Origin: Cycas panzhihuaensis
Taxonomy: Eukaryota > Plantae > Cycadophyta
NCBI GenBank assembly: GCA_023213395.1
Contig: CM041465.1
Location: forward strand, 249,619,741-249,683,740
Direction of reading: 5' to 3'
DNA length: 64,000 bases
Both the position numbers and the translations under genes were made by a program. This document shows positions 36,526 through 50,739 of this stretch, piece by piece. A model generated the notes under the pieces. The model ran no database searches. It saw only the letters and a program-made list of their open reading frames with translations, and was not told the origin of the DNA. The number at the start of each line of letters is the position of its first letter. The first letter of the stretch is position 1.

Positions 36526-39500
36526 ATATTAACACAGAAAAGGTTCTTTGTACTAGTAAATTTGAGGAGTATGGTTAATCATGTGGCAAAATGAAAAGTA
36601 ATATAATTGGGCTAGCTTTGTAGAAAATTGACTTCTTTGAAGTTTGTAGATTGTCTAGGAGACAATAAAATCAATAACCTTTTGTCATATTACATTATTG
36701 TTGGGTCTTTATTCGCTCAGTATCCTGATCTAGAGATGCCTAAACTAGAAGGGGACTAGGCACCTCTAGCCTATTGGACTAGTACCTTCACAAATGATAA
36801 AAGATGTATAGGAATTTAAGACATTATACAAACATGGGTAGAAAAATAGTACCAGTTGAAGATAGCAGAAAAGAAAGTAATTGAGATAAAAGAAGAAGTA
36901 ATTTCAAAAGAAAAGAAGGGAGAAATCCCATTGGAAGAAGATGGAGAATAGAAGGGAGAAGTCCCATAGGCAGAGGAAAAGGAAAAGAAGGAAAAACTCT
37001 CGAAGGGAGAGGAATAAAAGAAAAAGGAACATGTTAGACTAGGAAAGAAAAAACAAAAGGAAGGGAATAGTAGAGAATAGGAACAAACTTATATAGAGGA
37101 TGAATTTCAAAGACAGAAGAGAAGAAAGTTGATCCAAGAAAAGTGGAAATAAGAATTCATTGAAAGAATAAGCAATTAACCACCTCAAGTCAAGTATAAT
37201 ATGCACAAAGAAGTATTAGAGGAGGGTCTAGACCTGATGAAGTGTGATCTATATGATGTATCTAAATGGAGATTATCCTTCTTAGCTTAAGTAACTAAAT
37301 AGGTGGTAACAGAGTTGGAAAGTAGGACCAAGAAACCTTCCTTAGAGATGATGATAATATACCAGCTAGAGCAGTAGCTTTGGGACACTGGAAACAAATT
37401 AGAAACTTTAAAGAAGTTTGTATTAGAGTGGGTAGATGACATTGATAAATCACCCCATAATTGCAACTATTTAAAGAAAAATTTGATCAACAAATTCCAA
37501 AAGATTTGCAGCCTCTAATCCATCAGTTAGGAGCATGGATTCTCAAATCCTATGAGTAATCAGAGTGTAGTATGAAGCTATGGCAAGAAATGAGAGCTTA
37601 TCAGTTAAAGTTAGAATTCTCTCAGAAGATGAACATAGAGTTAATCTGAGAGATAGAACAATTACACTAAGGTGAAATGGCAACAATTCCACACTTAGAT
37701 GCATTAAGGGATGCGGCATTACTATGTGAATACATGAAATAAAATGGGCTAAGACTGTCACCACAAATTACTAAACTAGATATGGAATTCATTATAAGAG
37801 AGAAAGCAAAAATAAGAGAAGCTCAACTAAGGAATAGGTGAAATAAGACCCATTAAGGAATATATGAAATAAAAGTTCCAAATCTTTTTGTGAAAGGGGA
37901 AAGTAGGAAGGGGTAATAATTTTTTTTGAATTTTGAAATGAGTGAAGTCATTCATTTAAGTGGCTGCAAGGGAGATATGTGTGGCCAAAAGATGACTGCT
38001 ACATTCTTGGGTAAATAGCAGATGCAATTGGTAGTAATAATAGGTGTGACTGACAATAATAGATACAACTGGTGGTAGCAGTAGGTGTAACCAAGTAACC
38101 ATCAATGCGACTAAGTTACCAACAAGTGCGACCAGGCAACCAGTGGTGTGACCGGGTTACCAATAGGTGTGACTAGGCAACTAGAGGTGTGACCAGGTTA
38201 CCAACATGTGCAACCAGGCAACTAGAGGTGTTACTAGGCAATTAACAGATATGACCTAGCAACAGCTAGTGTGATTGGGGTAGTAATGGGTGTAACTAAG
38301 GTAGTAGTTGGTGCAACTAGGGCAGAAAGTAGTTAAAAGATAAATTGTAAAATGATATTGGTTAATGATAAAATAGTTATTATAAGCTATTATAACCATA
38401 AGTTTAGGAGATATAAGTATTAGCTATTGTAAGAATGAGTATGTAATGTATTCTCTACAACTTATCATCTAACTGCATCTTTCTATACACTGTCTTGTCT
38501 TACGTCTAGTTATGAGAGGACTAGATGGAGCGCTCCTAGTAATGAAGGCTTGGTTTTCATGATTCAACTCCATTGTATCTCTCTTTTGCTTGTGAATTCC
38601 TATGATGCTTAGATTTAAGGTGCTAGGATAGAAGAGCAAATGCACAACTATATTATCCATAGCTTTAAAGGCAACAAGGTCTAAAGAGATCTCATTATTG
38701 TGGTTGTTTGGGTCATGTGTGGGAGCAGGTTTGGGTATGTCTCAAAATAAATATGACCAAAAATCATTTATGATTAATATGTGTTTGACTTATTTTTTCT
38801 AAGCCAAATAGTTGTCACTCCCTGATAGTTAGATTGTGTTTGAAATCAATATTTGAGATATCATTATGTATTATCTATCTAATAGGGCTACTAAGCTAGA
38901 GTTCTAAAGTTTCAATGTCTTTAAGAAGCCCTTAGTTACTATTCTGTCTAGTGGAACCTACTCATAGATTGTAGTTTAGAGACTCTCTATATATATTGGT
39001 ACGTGAGTAAATTAAGCTCTGTATACCTCGATACATGAGAATAGAAGGCTCAGATGCCCCCCTGACATTGTGAATCTATCTGCACTAAATTTATGTTAAG
39101 CGATAGATCTAGTGGAGGACTACAACCAAGGCATTCAACCCCTTCGGGTCTAGCTTGGTCTCTGAATAATAAAGGAATGTTTAACACCTTAATCCATCAC
39201 TCAATGCACCTTATAACAAGTTACCCTTTAACCTACTTATCCAAGTGAATGCAACTCACATATATATGAGTGATAACTTTAGGGGTCCTAACCATTCCTC
39301 TTGCAAGATTGGTAATCTAGCAATTCAATTTGAGAATTATCTTATTTAATGTTTTGATTTTAAAATTCCTTTTAATGTGGTCTTATTTAAAGATAGGAAT
39401 ATTAATTTTTAAAGATTAAAAGTAGGACACATGAACAAATAAAGGCAACAATTAAATATAAAAAGAAAGGTTTAGAGTGCTCAATCAGGAAGGAGCTATT

Positions 39501-41374
39501 ACTAAAAGATGAAAAAGTAACCTTCCTTGAACAAGAAGAGCATCTACAACCACAAAACACCATACACATTAACTTAGAAATGAGTGAAAAATACTTCTCA
39601 AGTGATGAAATAATACTAGTAATTGAAAATTTCCCTTTTAGAATGTATGTAAAGCTTTTAATTAATAAAAAATATAGCTTTAAATAAGCAATTAAGAAGA
39701 GGTGAAAGAAGAGGATTTATGTAGCCTAAAATGTGCCCAAAATCAACCAAATATGAGTCCAAGTTATAGATCTCTAAGTAAAAATTTTGACAGTTTAGAA
39801 AATAGACACATGGTTAAGAAGATATCATGAAAACAATGCAATGAGCTCCTTATAAGTGAGAAACTAAATTAGGGTGAACTTTTAGCTCCTTTGATGAGTG
39901 AGCCATGGTCACTAGGGCATTACATATGACCATCTGCTAATGGAAAGGGGCCCTGCAAACTTAGAAACATATTTCAATTGGATAAAATGTGCCAAAGACT
40001 TTGTTAAAAAAAAATAACCTAGACTTAAAATGTACTAATATACTCAAGTTGTAATAGAGAGACCCATGGTAGATTATTTTGTTAAAAAAATTGTATAAAA
40101 ATCAATATGAAATTGACAAATGTTACTTGGGTGGTTTCCTTGAATTAATGGTTAGAATGCTTGGGTGAGTGACGATCCTTTCAACTATAGAGTGGAGTTC
40201 CTCTATAATCATTCAATTGATATGTTTGTCATGGATTGTAAGCTCGAGGTAGGCTTGAGGACTACACCTTGTTAACTCAAGCAATTGGTGCCAATAGAGA
40301 CTGGTGATTTAAGCTATGAGGCTTGATGTAGAGAGCTCTACCCTTTGAAGGATGAATATTGACTGAGGTTATAACTGATCAAGGAGTGGATAAATGATGC
40401 TTAGATGAACATGCAACCTATCTCAAGTGTTATCTTCTTCCCTTGAATGCACATTCTTTTCAAGCAGAACTATAGGGACGATCTTTAACACGGATGTCAC
40501 ATGACAATAGGGCATTCATATAGGGCAACAACTCTAACTTGGTTATACAGAGGAGCCAAGTAGAAGTGGAAACTCAAGGACCAATTAGATTACTTGGGCA
40601 TTGGAATTCCAAATGACCAATCTACTTCACTTTAGACTACCACATGGTTGTATAAACAAAGGGAGCTTCATCCACTTTCATGGCACTAATATACAGAATG
40701 AACTAAAATGGAGAAAATGGATTTGAACAGAGGAAACAAAATTGGCCAACAAAGAAGTATACATAGAATGGACACAAATGAGGTTCGGTCATTTTCTAAA
40801 TGTTCTCCAAATGGGGTCAAACGAGATGCAAATAGGATTCCATTTTCACAATGGAAGAGGACAATCCTTTTTCCATGTTATAACCCTGTAGCAAATGAGT
40901 GAACACAAGGGAATAAACTTTGATACCAATTGACAAGAATCATACTTAATCTAATTTCATGGAATAAGATCTTAACTATTTTGTATCAAATAAATAACTT
41001 AATAAAATATATCATGCACACATTAAGATGAATGTAATATGTCAAACTAATGAGGGCTTAAATTAGTCAATGCCTAATATAGAATTTTGATAGAGTTTGG
41101 ACTCTTATCAAAGATTATTTCTAGTGGGTGTAGACATAGCCTTAATTTATAGAGGGCTTAATGTCTCACATGTTACAAATGGTGAATATGGATTGGACCT
41201 CACATGTTTATATTTGATTAAGCCTCATATCAAACACATCTCATTGGTCGATTATGAAGCAAGATGGGGTGAAGACCCTCAACTAGGAGTACAACATTTA
41301 AGTCATGAATTAGTTTATAATTACATAATAGTACAAGAAGGTGCCATTATATATAGACACACACATATATACCA

Positions 41375-41635
41375 GTCTATCTATCAATCTATTCATCGAT
41401 CTAATTACATAATTTTCAATCTATTAGTATATTAATCTATTTGTTCGTTAATCAATAAATCTATCCATCTACATGGAAATCAATCAATCAAGCTAATTGT
41501 TTGTCTATTTATTAATCAATCTATCTACATAACTACTTGTTTATCTATCAAGATATCAAGCTATCTATCTACATATTCATATACCTATTTATTAACCTAT
41601 CTATCTACCTATCTACTTGTATGTATACCTACCTG
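41375..41635. repeat. Degenerate (TCTA/TCAA)n simple repeat
   Basis: Many tctatcta/tcaatc units. A similar tract lies at 23315-23345 on the other side of Copia B. Confidence 0.75.
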
Positions 41636-41899
41636 CCCATGTGAATATGACTTCTAAGAGTAACATATAAAAGGCAAAGAAAAAACGTTACTGATACTCT
41701 TAGTAAGAAAAGATCTATATGCTAACAAATAAGGACTTTTAGACTATAAACATCAAGATTATTACATTTTAAGAGCTTTGAGGTTATTTGAGTTATGCAA
41801 CAGAAGCTTATGTAAGTAATGGAGAATGTATTATAACTACCAAGTTGAGTTCAACAATGTTGGAAAGATAAAGGCTACACGCACATTGCAAAGGTGATG

Positions 41900-42415
41900 T
41901 GTAGAGTTGTATGCTAACTATTTGATAAAATGCCTAAACGAGCTATGGTTCATAAGCATCCAAGAATATGATCTTTTACTTGGGGATATGATTGTGCACA
42001 GGGTGTTTGGCATAGTGCTAAAATGAGATGTTGTCTTGTTTATTGCAATGATCGTTGGATATGCACATAATGGGTGTGGTGAAGAGATTTTAAAACTCTT
42101 TCACCAAATACAAAGAAAGGGACTAAAAATAGATCAATTTACCTTCATGACTATTCTTAGAAATTGTGCCACTCAGACAACTTTAGAATAAGGTAATCTG
42201 GTCCAAACTCACATTATCAAAGCTAGTTTTGAGGCAGATGTTTGTGTTGGAAATGTACTTGTTGACATATATGCCAAGTGCAAAAGTATGACAAGTGTGC
42301 ACCAAATGTTTGGAAGAATACTCAAACATAATGTAGTTTCATGGACTAGAATGATAGCAAATTTTGCATAGTATGAGTGTACCAAAGAGGTACTCCAATG
42401 TTTGAAGAAATGTAA
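41900..42415 (+). pseudogene. PLS-class PPR gene fragment (RNA-editing-factor type)
   Basis: LFDKMPKR; DVVLFIAMIVGYAHNGCGEEILKLFHQIQRKGLKIDQFTFMTILRNCA...LE*G..VQTHIIKASFEADVCVGNVLVDIYAKCKS...NVVSWTRMI. Confidence 0.92.
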
Positions 42416-42949
42416 TAAGAAGGCAAGGCAAGTATAAAGGGATTGCTTTAAAGACATATTAACATAGCAATTGAAATCAAGATTTTAGATATTGAGTTCT
42501 AAGAGACTTAAGATAGAGTACTTGCATTCTAATATTTGACATGTCTATTGGTGGGTTTTTCAATGGATGGAATGTTTCAAATGTTTGATATGTCTACCAA
42601 CTTATAAATAATAGGTTGGCCAACTAATGATACAATAATTAGCTATGTCAAGTTTGAGTCTTACACTATTAATTTTAATAAAATTATGATTTTGAAATTT
42701 AAGTTTTAGATAATGACAAGACAGTAGTTGAAAATAAAGGAAACAACAACAAAGGCTTGTTTAGTCATGAGATTGAAATGTATTAAAATCTATTATCACC
42801 AAGAACTATAGAGGATGTTTTGGTTTCTAATAACAAGGTGACTAGAGATATTAATTTAGGAAAGGAAAAAGGATTATGTATCGTATCAAGTCAAGGAATA
42901 ACATGGATTCAAGTCACAATAATATAACTTCTATTAGTAAATTTTCTAG

Positions 42950-43165
42950 TAGACCGAACTAGAGTGTGGATGGTCTACTAACCTTGTAGCTAGACCAAGT
43001 CTTAACTTTGAAGTAAAACCCATAAACCTTTTGGACAATAGAGAGAAAGTATTGCAAAACAAAATCATTAAGTAAAAGTGCAATAACAACACTTAACTCT
43101 AGAAGAATCCACATGGGAACTAGAAGATGACATATAATAACAATATCCACATTTATTTGTAATAG
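42950..43165 (+). pseudogene. Chromovirus integrase C-terminal chromodomain remnant
   Basis: FEVKPINLLDNREKVLQNKII..VQ*QHLTLEESTWELEDDI**QYPHLF, followed by the pre-PPT motif gaggacaatgcttctttgaaggga. Confidence 0.88.
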
Positions 43166-43199
43166 GTTGAAGTGCATCGAGGACAATGCTTCTTTGAAG

Positions 43200-45928
43200 G
43201 GAGCCCTAATTTAACTTGATATTCTATCTTTCTTAGGTAGGTTACTTCTCAGACTATGTATGTATGCAAAGTTTTCTTCATCTCATAGCCTTGTTCATTT
43301 ATGAACTCTTTTTATTTCATAGCTTTGTTCACCCTATGTAAGGTAGAAGCTTATTCCATGGTCTACCAAGTGTGAGGATGTACCATTTAGTTTAGTTTAT
43401 TAGGATAATTAGTTAGTTTATATTATGTTATGTTACAAGGTGTTGGAGTTCTTTCACCACAACCTTGAATTATATAATTTTTATTTTATTGTGGCTTACA
43501 TAATACAAAGTCCAACTAGATTGCTCAGATGGGCAATATAGATGGGGGAGCATATGATATAAATGGAGGAATAAAGGGGAAAAATAAATGTAAGGGTAGA
43601 TTCTAGGTTTAGGGACCCGCATAACATCCTTAGGATTTAAGAACTTAGTTAATAAAGGCATTAAATTTGCAGAGAATGATTTCACCAAGTGGAAGAGTAG
43701 ACCTCCAACATTCCTACAAGTGGTAGAGCATAGAAAATAAATATTAAAATAAAAAGATACAACGACTTGAAGTAAATAGTTAAGTCTCATCAAGTAAAAG
43801 ACTTCACAAATTTGTAAATATATCATTGGGAGATGAAACCTAGTGTGTTTAGGTGTAGTACTATGAAAACAAAGGCAATGCCTCATAATCTTACAAATGA
43901 ACCTATGAAAATAAATAAATGCTTGAAAGGTTACAAAAATGAGTAGATGATATACCCATACCATTCCACTTGTAACTCTTTTATTGGTTGATAAAACCAT
44001 GGTGGACTAGCCTTACTGGAGTCACAATAAAAGCACCCAAACATGTAGACAATAGAGATCATTAAGAGACTCATGACGTGGAGTTTTTTTTCATAAATTA
44101 GATATGGTGGGTAGTTAATAGTCATTTTTAGATAATAATAAATAAAAGCATTCAACAACCACCATAGCTTAGATTTTTTCTACTAAGCTTTTATGGTATT
44201 AATAGAAAGGAATTGACCAATTCTAAAAGAGAAAAAAATTCTATATAACAACAGTGGTAAGAAGAAGAGAAGAGATAGAGGCACTGGGCATAAGAGAGGA
44301 GGCACAAACAATGAGTAGAAGAGAGGATATAAAGGTAGTGAGTAAAGGATAGTTTAGAGAAATTAGAGAATGCAAATAGATTGGGTGCATTTCTAAGGTT
44401 AGTAGGAAAGTAACACAACTAAAAAAGTTTGATTTTCTTGAATGAAAATATATTATTATGTGGAGAATAGAAGTTGGAATATTAAATTTGGTTTAATGGT
44501 TCAAGGTTTGGCATCTGTTAAGTAGCCTACATGAGACTTTATTGCTTAGTAATATGAATCCTATGACAAATATCTATTCTAGTTTTGTATACACCTAGTT
44601 GGCCATCTATTAATTAACTTAAACGAGATTTCCACAGCTTGGGAATATTGGTCTTAGAGGAAATTATCCAAATTGGTATTATATTTTCTTGGTGTCTACT
44701 GCCATCTCGTGAAGGGGAATGATTGGATTATGTTATGAACATGTGAAAGAATTACTTCTTTAATCTCATTAGACTACTTGATTAGTGCTAAATTACAATA
44801 TGGTTACTTTTATATGCATGAGGGTTGAGTGAGTCCCTTCTACTCTACTTATACAATTTGAGATAGGGTTGATTGAGTCCCATGTGCTCTAGTTATACAG
44901 ATTAAGATAGGGTTGAGTCAGTCCCTTATACTCTAATTATATAGTTTGAGATAGGGTTGAGTGGGTCCTCTATGCTATAGTTATATAGTTTGAGGTAGGG
45001 CTGAGTGAATCCCTTATGCTTTGGTTATATAGTTTGAGATAGGGTTGAGTGATTTCCTTATGCTCTAATTATTTTACATGCATGAGGGTTGAGTTGAGTC
45101 CCCTCTAGTTATTTTGTGTGCATGAGTAGTGCCTATATGGTATGGATTGCTACCTCACACTTGGATAGGTTGTGTGGCACAAAGCACATTCCTCATATAA
45201 ATGAGGGCCAATTATCATACATACAGGTAAGTATGGTATGAAACACATGAACCATTATCTTCATGTGTTGTGTGGTATGAGACATGCTAGTTACATTGTG
45301 GTAGTCCATTAAGATTGTTTCAACAAGGATCCATATGTGGTATGACATTTTTAGTTATGTCTTGAAGAATGAGTAAAGTGTGGAGATATTCAAAATTACA
45401 CATATTTTAATAAAAACATTACAATAGTGATTAAAAGATTATAACAACAACTACTTACAAATTTATTTTTTTAAGAAGTCTTATGTAAAAAAGGATAGTT
45501 AGGGATTGAATGAAGAGTAAAACACCAATACTCTAGTGCTCATATCATGTGTTCCATCTCATGAGTATTTTCCTTCTTAGAATTTTGATTGGTTATATGG
45601 TGAATATATTTAAACAATCTGGTTATCTCTTCTTCTTTATATATTACTTATACATTGTCTCATTAAGGAATACAAAAGTATAATCTCTTATGTTTTTACA
45701 TATACTATTATAAGCAAAAGAAATCTATTTATAACTATATGAGCACCCCTGTTCACTTGGATTTATCACATGCTTTGGGCAAAGTTTTATACTATGCAAA
45801 TATTACTCTGATTTCAACTTTCATGAGTTCAAGTTTTAAATAGTTTGGTGCTAACCCTATTGGGTAACTCAAGTGTATTACATTGAGGCAAAGTCATGAG
45901 CACCTTATGTTTTAGGGGGGTCATGACA
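43200..45928 (+). mobile_element. 3' LTR of a chromovirus-type Gypsy (homolog of 8745-11412)
   Basis: Follows the chromodomain and PPT, ends in tcatgaca, and has no PBS after it. The first bases appear deleted. Confidence 0.85.
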
Positions 45929-48900
45929 TGGCCAATTTATAGATTTCACATTGTCATTTACTAGACTATAGGCTTGATTTATGTATAGAAAAGGGATATT
46001 ATAGCTAGATGGTATGAGATATACCCTAAAGAGATCTTAGTTAGAATGTTGGGATTTTACTTATCCATATACTACCTCTTATTGGTTGATTTTGCACACT
46101 CCCACATCCATCAAATTATATTTCTCAACCTAAATATTAGATTTCTATTGCATTCCCATGGCATCTTTTATTTACAGACATGAAAAGCTAAGGAAATCTT
46201 GGTTCTTCTATCATTACTTGGATTATACAAGATCACATTAGTTGTGTTATGTCTAATATGAGGTTATTCATTACATAAGCCATAAATAACCTTATTGAAT
46301 ATATAACTATCATAAGATCTCTCATTGATGTCTTGCAAATTCATAATGGTTCAATTATAGCCTTTATATATTAACTTCTTATCACTCATCAACTAACTTA
46401 TATTTGTCATGTCTTTAATCCTTAGCTCAGTGTTTTCACATATATAATTAAGTCATAACTTACTGAGTTCTCTACTACTTCTATTGTTCACATATCCCAA
46501 TAGCTAAATTTTGAGGTAGATACTTTGTTCAACCTTATACTAGTAAGATATATTTAGTGATCGCTCACGTGTATCCTTGGAAAGATATAAAATATTGATA
46601 ATATTATATATACAAATATAATATATTATATTAGCAATGTTCACTTTTTTCTACGTGAGTTCCATCGAGCTTCATAGAGGGTGAATGATTTTATGATTTT
46701 GGGACCCTTCCCTTAATCTAGGAATATTAAGTATGATTTTTCTTTCTATCGTTACATATGCATAAGTTGCTTGTCATTTGCCTTACATTGCATTTGATTG
46801 CTTGCATTTTCTTATTTTTTAACTAAGTATTCATTTGTATTTGTCTATTCATATTACATCCCCCCACTTATTAATGATGAAAATAATATATGGTTCCCTA
46901 TAACAACTCATGTTATAGAGGCACAACTCTATAAGCTAAGTCAACATTGATGACAATCACTATAATACATTTTATCTTATTTCATATTCTCATTTGGCTC
47001 ATTTGAGTGACCATCTCGAGTTAACATGAGCCCATACTCCTTTAAATTAGTTTACAAGGGTTAAACATAGGTTAAATTTTCTTATAAATTAGCTATCATG
47101 TGAGTTAAGCATAAGTAAGTGCCCTTCTAAGTAATTTGTTATGGTTAACATGAGTATTTTTATTATTTTTCACTTACATTGTTGTCTCCTTTGTATTTTT
47201 AGCTTTGATTTTGAATTTAATTAATTATTTATCTATTCTATTACATAGATCTACTTGAGTACATATGAAAGGAGTTGTGATGGCTTGAAAACAAATATAA
47301 TATAACAAAATTATGCCATTTTTATATTTCCATCTTTTCATATTAGTCAATTTTGTGGTGTATCAAGGCTAACTTCATAATTAAACCCTAAAAGATAATG
47401 CAATTAATGCCTATCAATCTTTAAAATTAACTTTACAATAAATTTGAAGATTTATTCTCCTCTTTCCCTCCTGATTTCACTATAAATATTCCTCTTATGA
47501 GACCTTTTACTTTTCGAATATATAATCTCTCACATATGTAGTTGCTTTCTCATGCTTAAGTAAGGCCTTTGATCATCATTTTTGATCTACTTTCACCCCT
47601 AACTAGAGGAATTATGAATTTCCTTATAATTTTCATGATTATGAAGATGTTTTAGTTGATTTTTATTTGATGTATGTGTGATACTACTAGTTTCTATTCT
47701 ATATCATAGGTCTCCTATGCCACATTAATGACCATACTATAGGTCTCTTTAGTTATGTTTGTAACATCCATATATTAATATCATAAGTTTCATATTATAT
47801 TCTTGTGACATCATTGCATTAATACCATGTGTTTAACATTGTGCTTATGCAATATTAATCTGATAATATTGTGACTCTTGTGTTTTGTTTTTGTAGTATC
47901 ATTTTGGACTAGTTTGGTTATTTCACTCACTTCCATTTATTTTCTTTTTATCTTCTTTTGATTTTTTCTTTTTGCTATTTATTTCACATATATTTCATTA
48001 CTGTTGGATGATTTGGTTAGTGTCTGTTAACACAACTCACATATAACCTTACATGGATCTTGAAGCAACTCCTCTTACTCTCTCATATAGGTTTTCTTTT
48101 AGGGTTTTTATGTGCAAATGTTAATGGGTGCTTGGCAACATTCTATTTTTAGCTTTGTATTACAAGAAAGATTATTAAAAACAAGTTTGTAAAGGAACAA
48201 AGTTAGACTTGTCATTAAGTTAGACTTTATCATGCTTAAGTACCTTGTTTGGTTTGTTTTGTATGCCTTATTTAATTTGTTTATTGGTAAAAGAACATAT
48301 CATTCTATTTTGGAGAAATATACAAAATAAATTGATATTTTAAAAGAACCCTAAATCCCCTTATCAAAAGTTACTCACGTCTAGCCTTCAAACTTAAATG
48401 CTTTTTTCACTTATAAGGACATGTTACTTGCAGTGTGTGTTTTTCTCTTTCTATCTAGGGTATATCTTAGCTCTAGGTGTTACACTGGGTAGTAAGTAGG
48501 AAGCACCCTCTACTTGAAAATAACACCATATATAATTTACTAGATATTAGATTTGCAATACCACAATAACACTTTCCACACTCTTTTGGTTACAAATTCA
48601 TAAAAAATCATCTTAAGACATCAACATTAAACACTACTAAAAATAGGGTAGGATATGCTTTCCCCATGTACATAAGAATAAGTCATGTATTTGCAGTTGA
48701 ATTTAACAAAAGAATATATGCATACTCCAAAAGGTATATATCTCCTATTCTATTCATGATGTTCCTAAAAAAGAAGTAGTTAACTTAAAATAGCCCTCCT
48801 CTTTTTTATTGTTAATAAGTAGTCAATTAACTTATTTTAAGGTCAAAGCAATTATAGTAAGTTAGGGTGGTTGAGAAATATTTAAGCTAAATTCCTTTTG

Positions 48901-50739
48901 TAAACCAATTCTAAAAGGAACATTTCTCATACTTAGGTATGACCTATAATCTTACTATTCCACCTATATTAATAGTTAAGTACTTATTGTTGGGGTCAAA
49001 TCTAATACTTATGCATTCATAGAGTGGAACAAATGGTATTTGGAATTCAAGAAGATAATGTGAGGATAGGTTAGCAACCCAATAAGTATTCAAGCAGTGG
49101 AACACATGAGATTCTAATAGAAACCAACAAAAATAGCCTATTGAGAAATGCACAATAGGTGCATTCCAAAATAGGGATGCATAATAGAACATGTATAAAA
49201 CTATAATGCACAAGGAATGCATAGACCAGAGAAGGCAAAGCATAAGCCAATAACAACTAGAATTGTAGGGACATGGGTGAATGGCTGTAACAAGATTAAT
49301 AAAGTGTAATCATTAGTTAAGTAGCAAATTAATTACCAAGAGTTGTGTATTATGTGAAAGGGATGGTTGTGAGTATTGGTCATAACTATTTCTCAAAAGG
49401 CATGCATAGTTTATTTATTGGGTCATTCTCTCGCCATTTAAGGTATGAGAGCTAAGCTATTCTTTCCTATGGCATGTTTTCTATTGCAAATGACAAGTTC
49501 ATTATATTATTGAGGGAAACATACTAGCAAATGGCTATATGATAGAATAAAATTGATATAAATAGTGACATTTCTTAATAAAATAGTTAAGTTACATGGA
49601 AAATATGTCTTTTATGTTACTTATGATTATTTTTTAATGATGTGATAGATGGAAATGTTATGAAAACATTATGATAATTATCATATTATGGACTTATGTG
49701 GCATATATGTATCATTAACTCGTATGTTGACATTAAACCCTAATCTTGACTCCCATAAGTGACCTTTGATAAGTCCCCCTTCTAAGAAGTAGAAAGGAAG
49801 TCAATGTTGGTTTCATTTCTTAAGTACACTAGTGGGGTAAATGAGAGAGAATTCAAAGTTCTCTAATACTCAAAGATCAAGTTGCCTTAGTTGCCAGAAT
49901 CATGACATACTTTAACTAAGCCACAACAACTAGGGGACCTTCCAATGCCACTTAAATGACCTTGAAGGAAGAAGAGCCACCAAAAAGACCTTCATATAAA
50001 TGGATATCAAAATTAAGAAAATAAAGGACTTTAAGATAGGCAAATGAGAGGAATCTTAAAAGGGAAAGAAGGTTGAGTATCAAGAAAAATGAGCAAAATA
50101 AAGGATAATTTGTAGAAGAATTTGAGGCAAGTGGTGCCTAAACATTATAAGAAATAGGGAATAAAGGCCATAGAGAGCCAATGGTAATATCACCTACCTC
50201 AATTGAATCAAACATACTAAGCCTAGAAGAAAAATAAAAAATCATAGAACAAAAAAAGGTTACAAAAGACAAAGAAGTCATCTTAAAAGAGAAAGAAGAA
50301 GATTCCAAGGAGGTTGCTTTGAGGGAAGAAATATAAATCCCAAGAAAGAAGGAAAAATTAGTTGTGGACTCTGCTCCAAAGGACCTGAGTGATTATGAGG
50401 AGAAGGCAGAGGAAGGTCTCATAATGTATTAGGAGAATCAGTTAATAGGACAACTATTTAAGGATTTACCAGATAAGGGATCTAGGTAGTTATTTCTAAT
50501 TACAAGCTATTTAATAGTACAAATACTAGGGATTCTAGAGCTTATCCATTTGAAAACACCTTTTAAAAATCTATTGTTTAGAAAAGGGAATATTGGGGAG
50601 ATAACTCCATTGAATATACCTCTAAAGGGGATGGTAGAAGAAAAAGTACACCCCTAAGAGAACAAATTATTCCATTAATATTATCATTAGGGGGAATGAT
50701 ATCACCAAGTAACTCGAAGATGGAAAAATTATAGAGAAT

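Larger units (their letters stand above)
35850..37800 (+). pseudogene. Decayed extra 3' ORF of the Gypsy, interrupted by the TRIM
   Basis: Coding-like frame (N-terminal part of ORF 36011), motif K*YNWASFVE at ~36600, then an E/K-rich coiled-coil-like tract. Comparable motif DGM*FNWFEFM at ~58140. Confidence 0.55.
28330..38646 (+). mobile_element. Full-length decayed non-chromoviral Ty3/Gypsy (LTRs 28330-29022 and 37976-38646)
   Basis: ~680-bp LTRs TGTGT...CACA. PBS tggttccattgtc at 29024. PPT aagggaga at ~37968-75. TSD GCTAT (28325-29) / ACTAT (38647-51). Confidence 0.95.
23370..41360 (-). mobile_element. Decayed Ty1/Copia element B (LTRs 23370-23770 and 40931-~41360) with nested insertions
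   Basis: ~400-bp direct repeats. Reverse PPT tccttcctta at 23771. Reverse PBS ctttgatacca at ~40918-40928. The right end is eroded into simple repeats and the TSD is unresolved. Confidence 0.88.

Noticed and set aside
36011-36532. 173-aa ORF with an internal repeat (VGLWLVHL..SPLP.SPRGFWCNGK twice)
   Set aside because: Read-through from the decayed Gypsy 3' ORF into the GC-rich TRIM. The repeat is the two LTRs 231 nt (77 codons) apart.
43470-44000. 176-aa minus-strand ORF
   Set aside because: Lies inside an LTR, is not open in the homologous LTR at ~9000-9550, and has no recognisable domain.
44822-45110. CRISPR-like regularly spaced repeats (also 10368-10615, 28400-28700, 11517-11720)
   Set aside because: Head-to-tail degenerate tandem units with no unique spacers and no cas genes, in eukaryotic LTR context.
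45930-48980. Possible further LTR remnants
   Set aside because: No partner repeat, PBS, PPT or TSD could be fixed.
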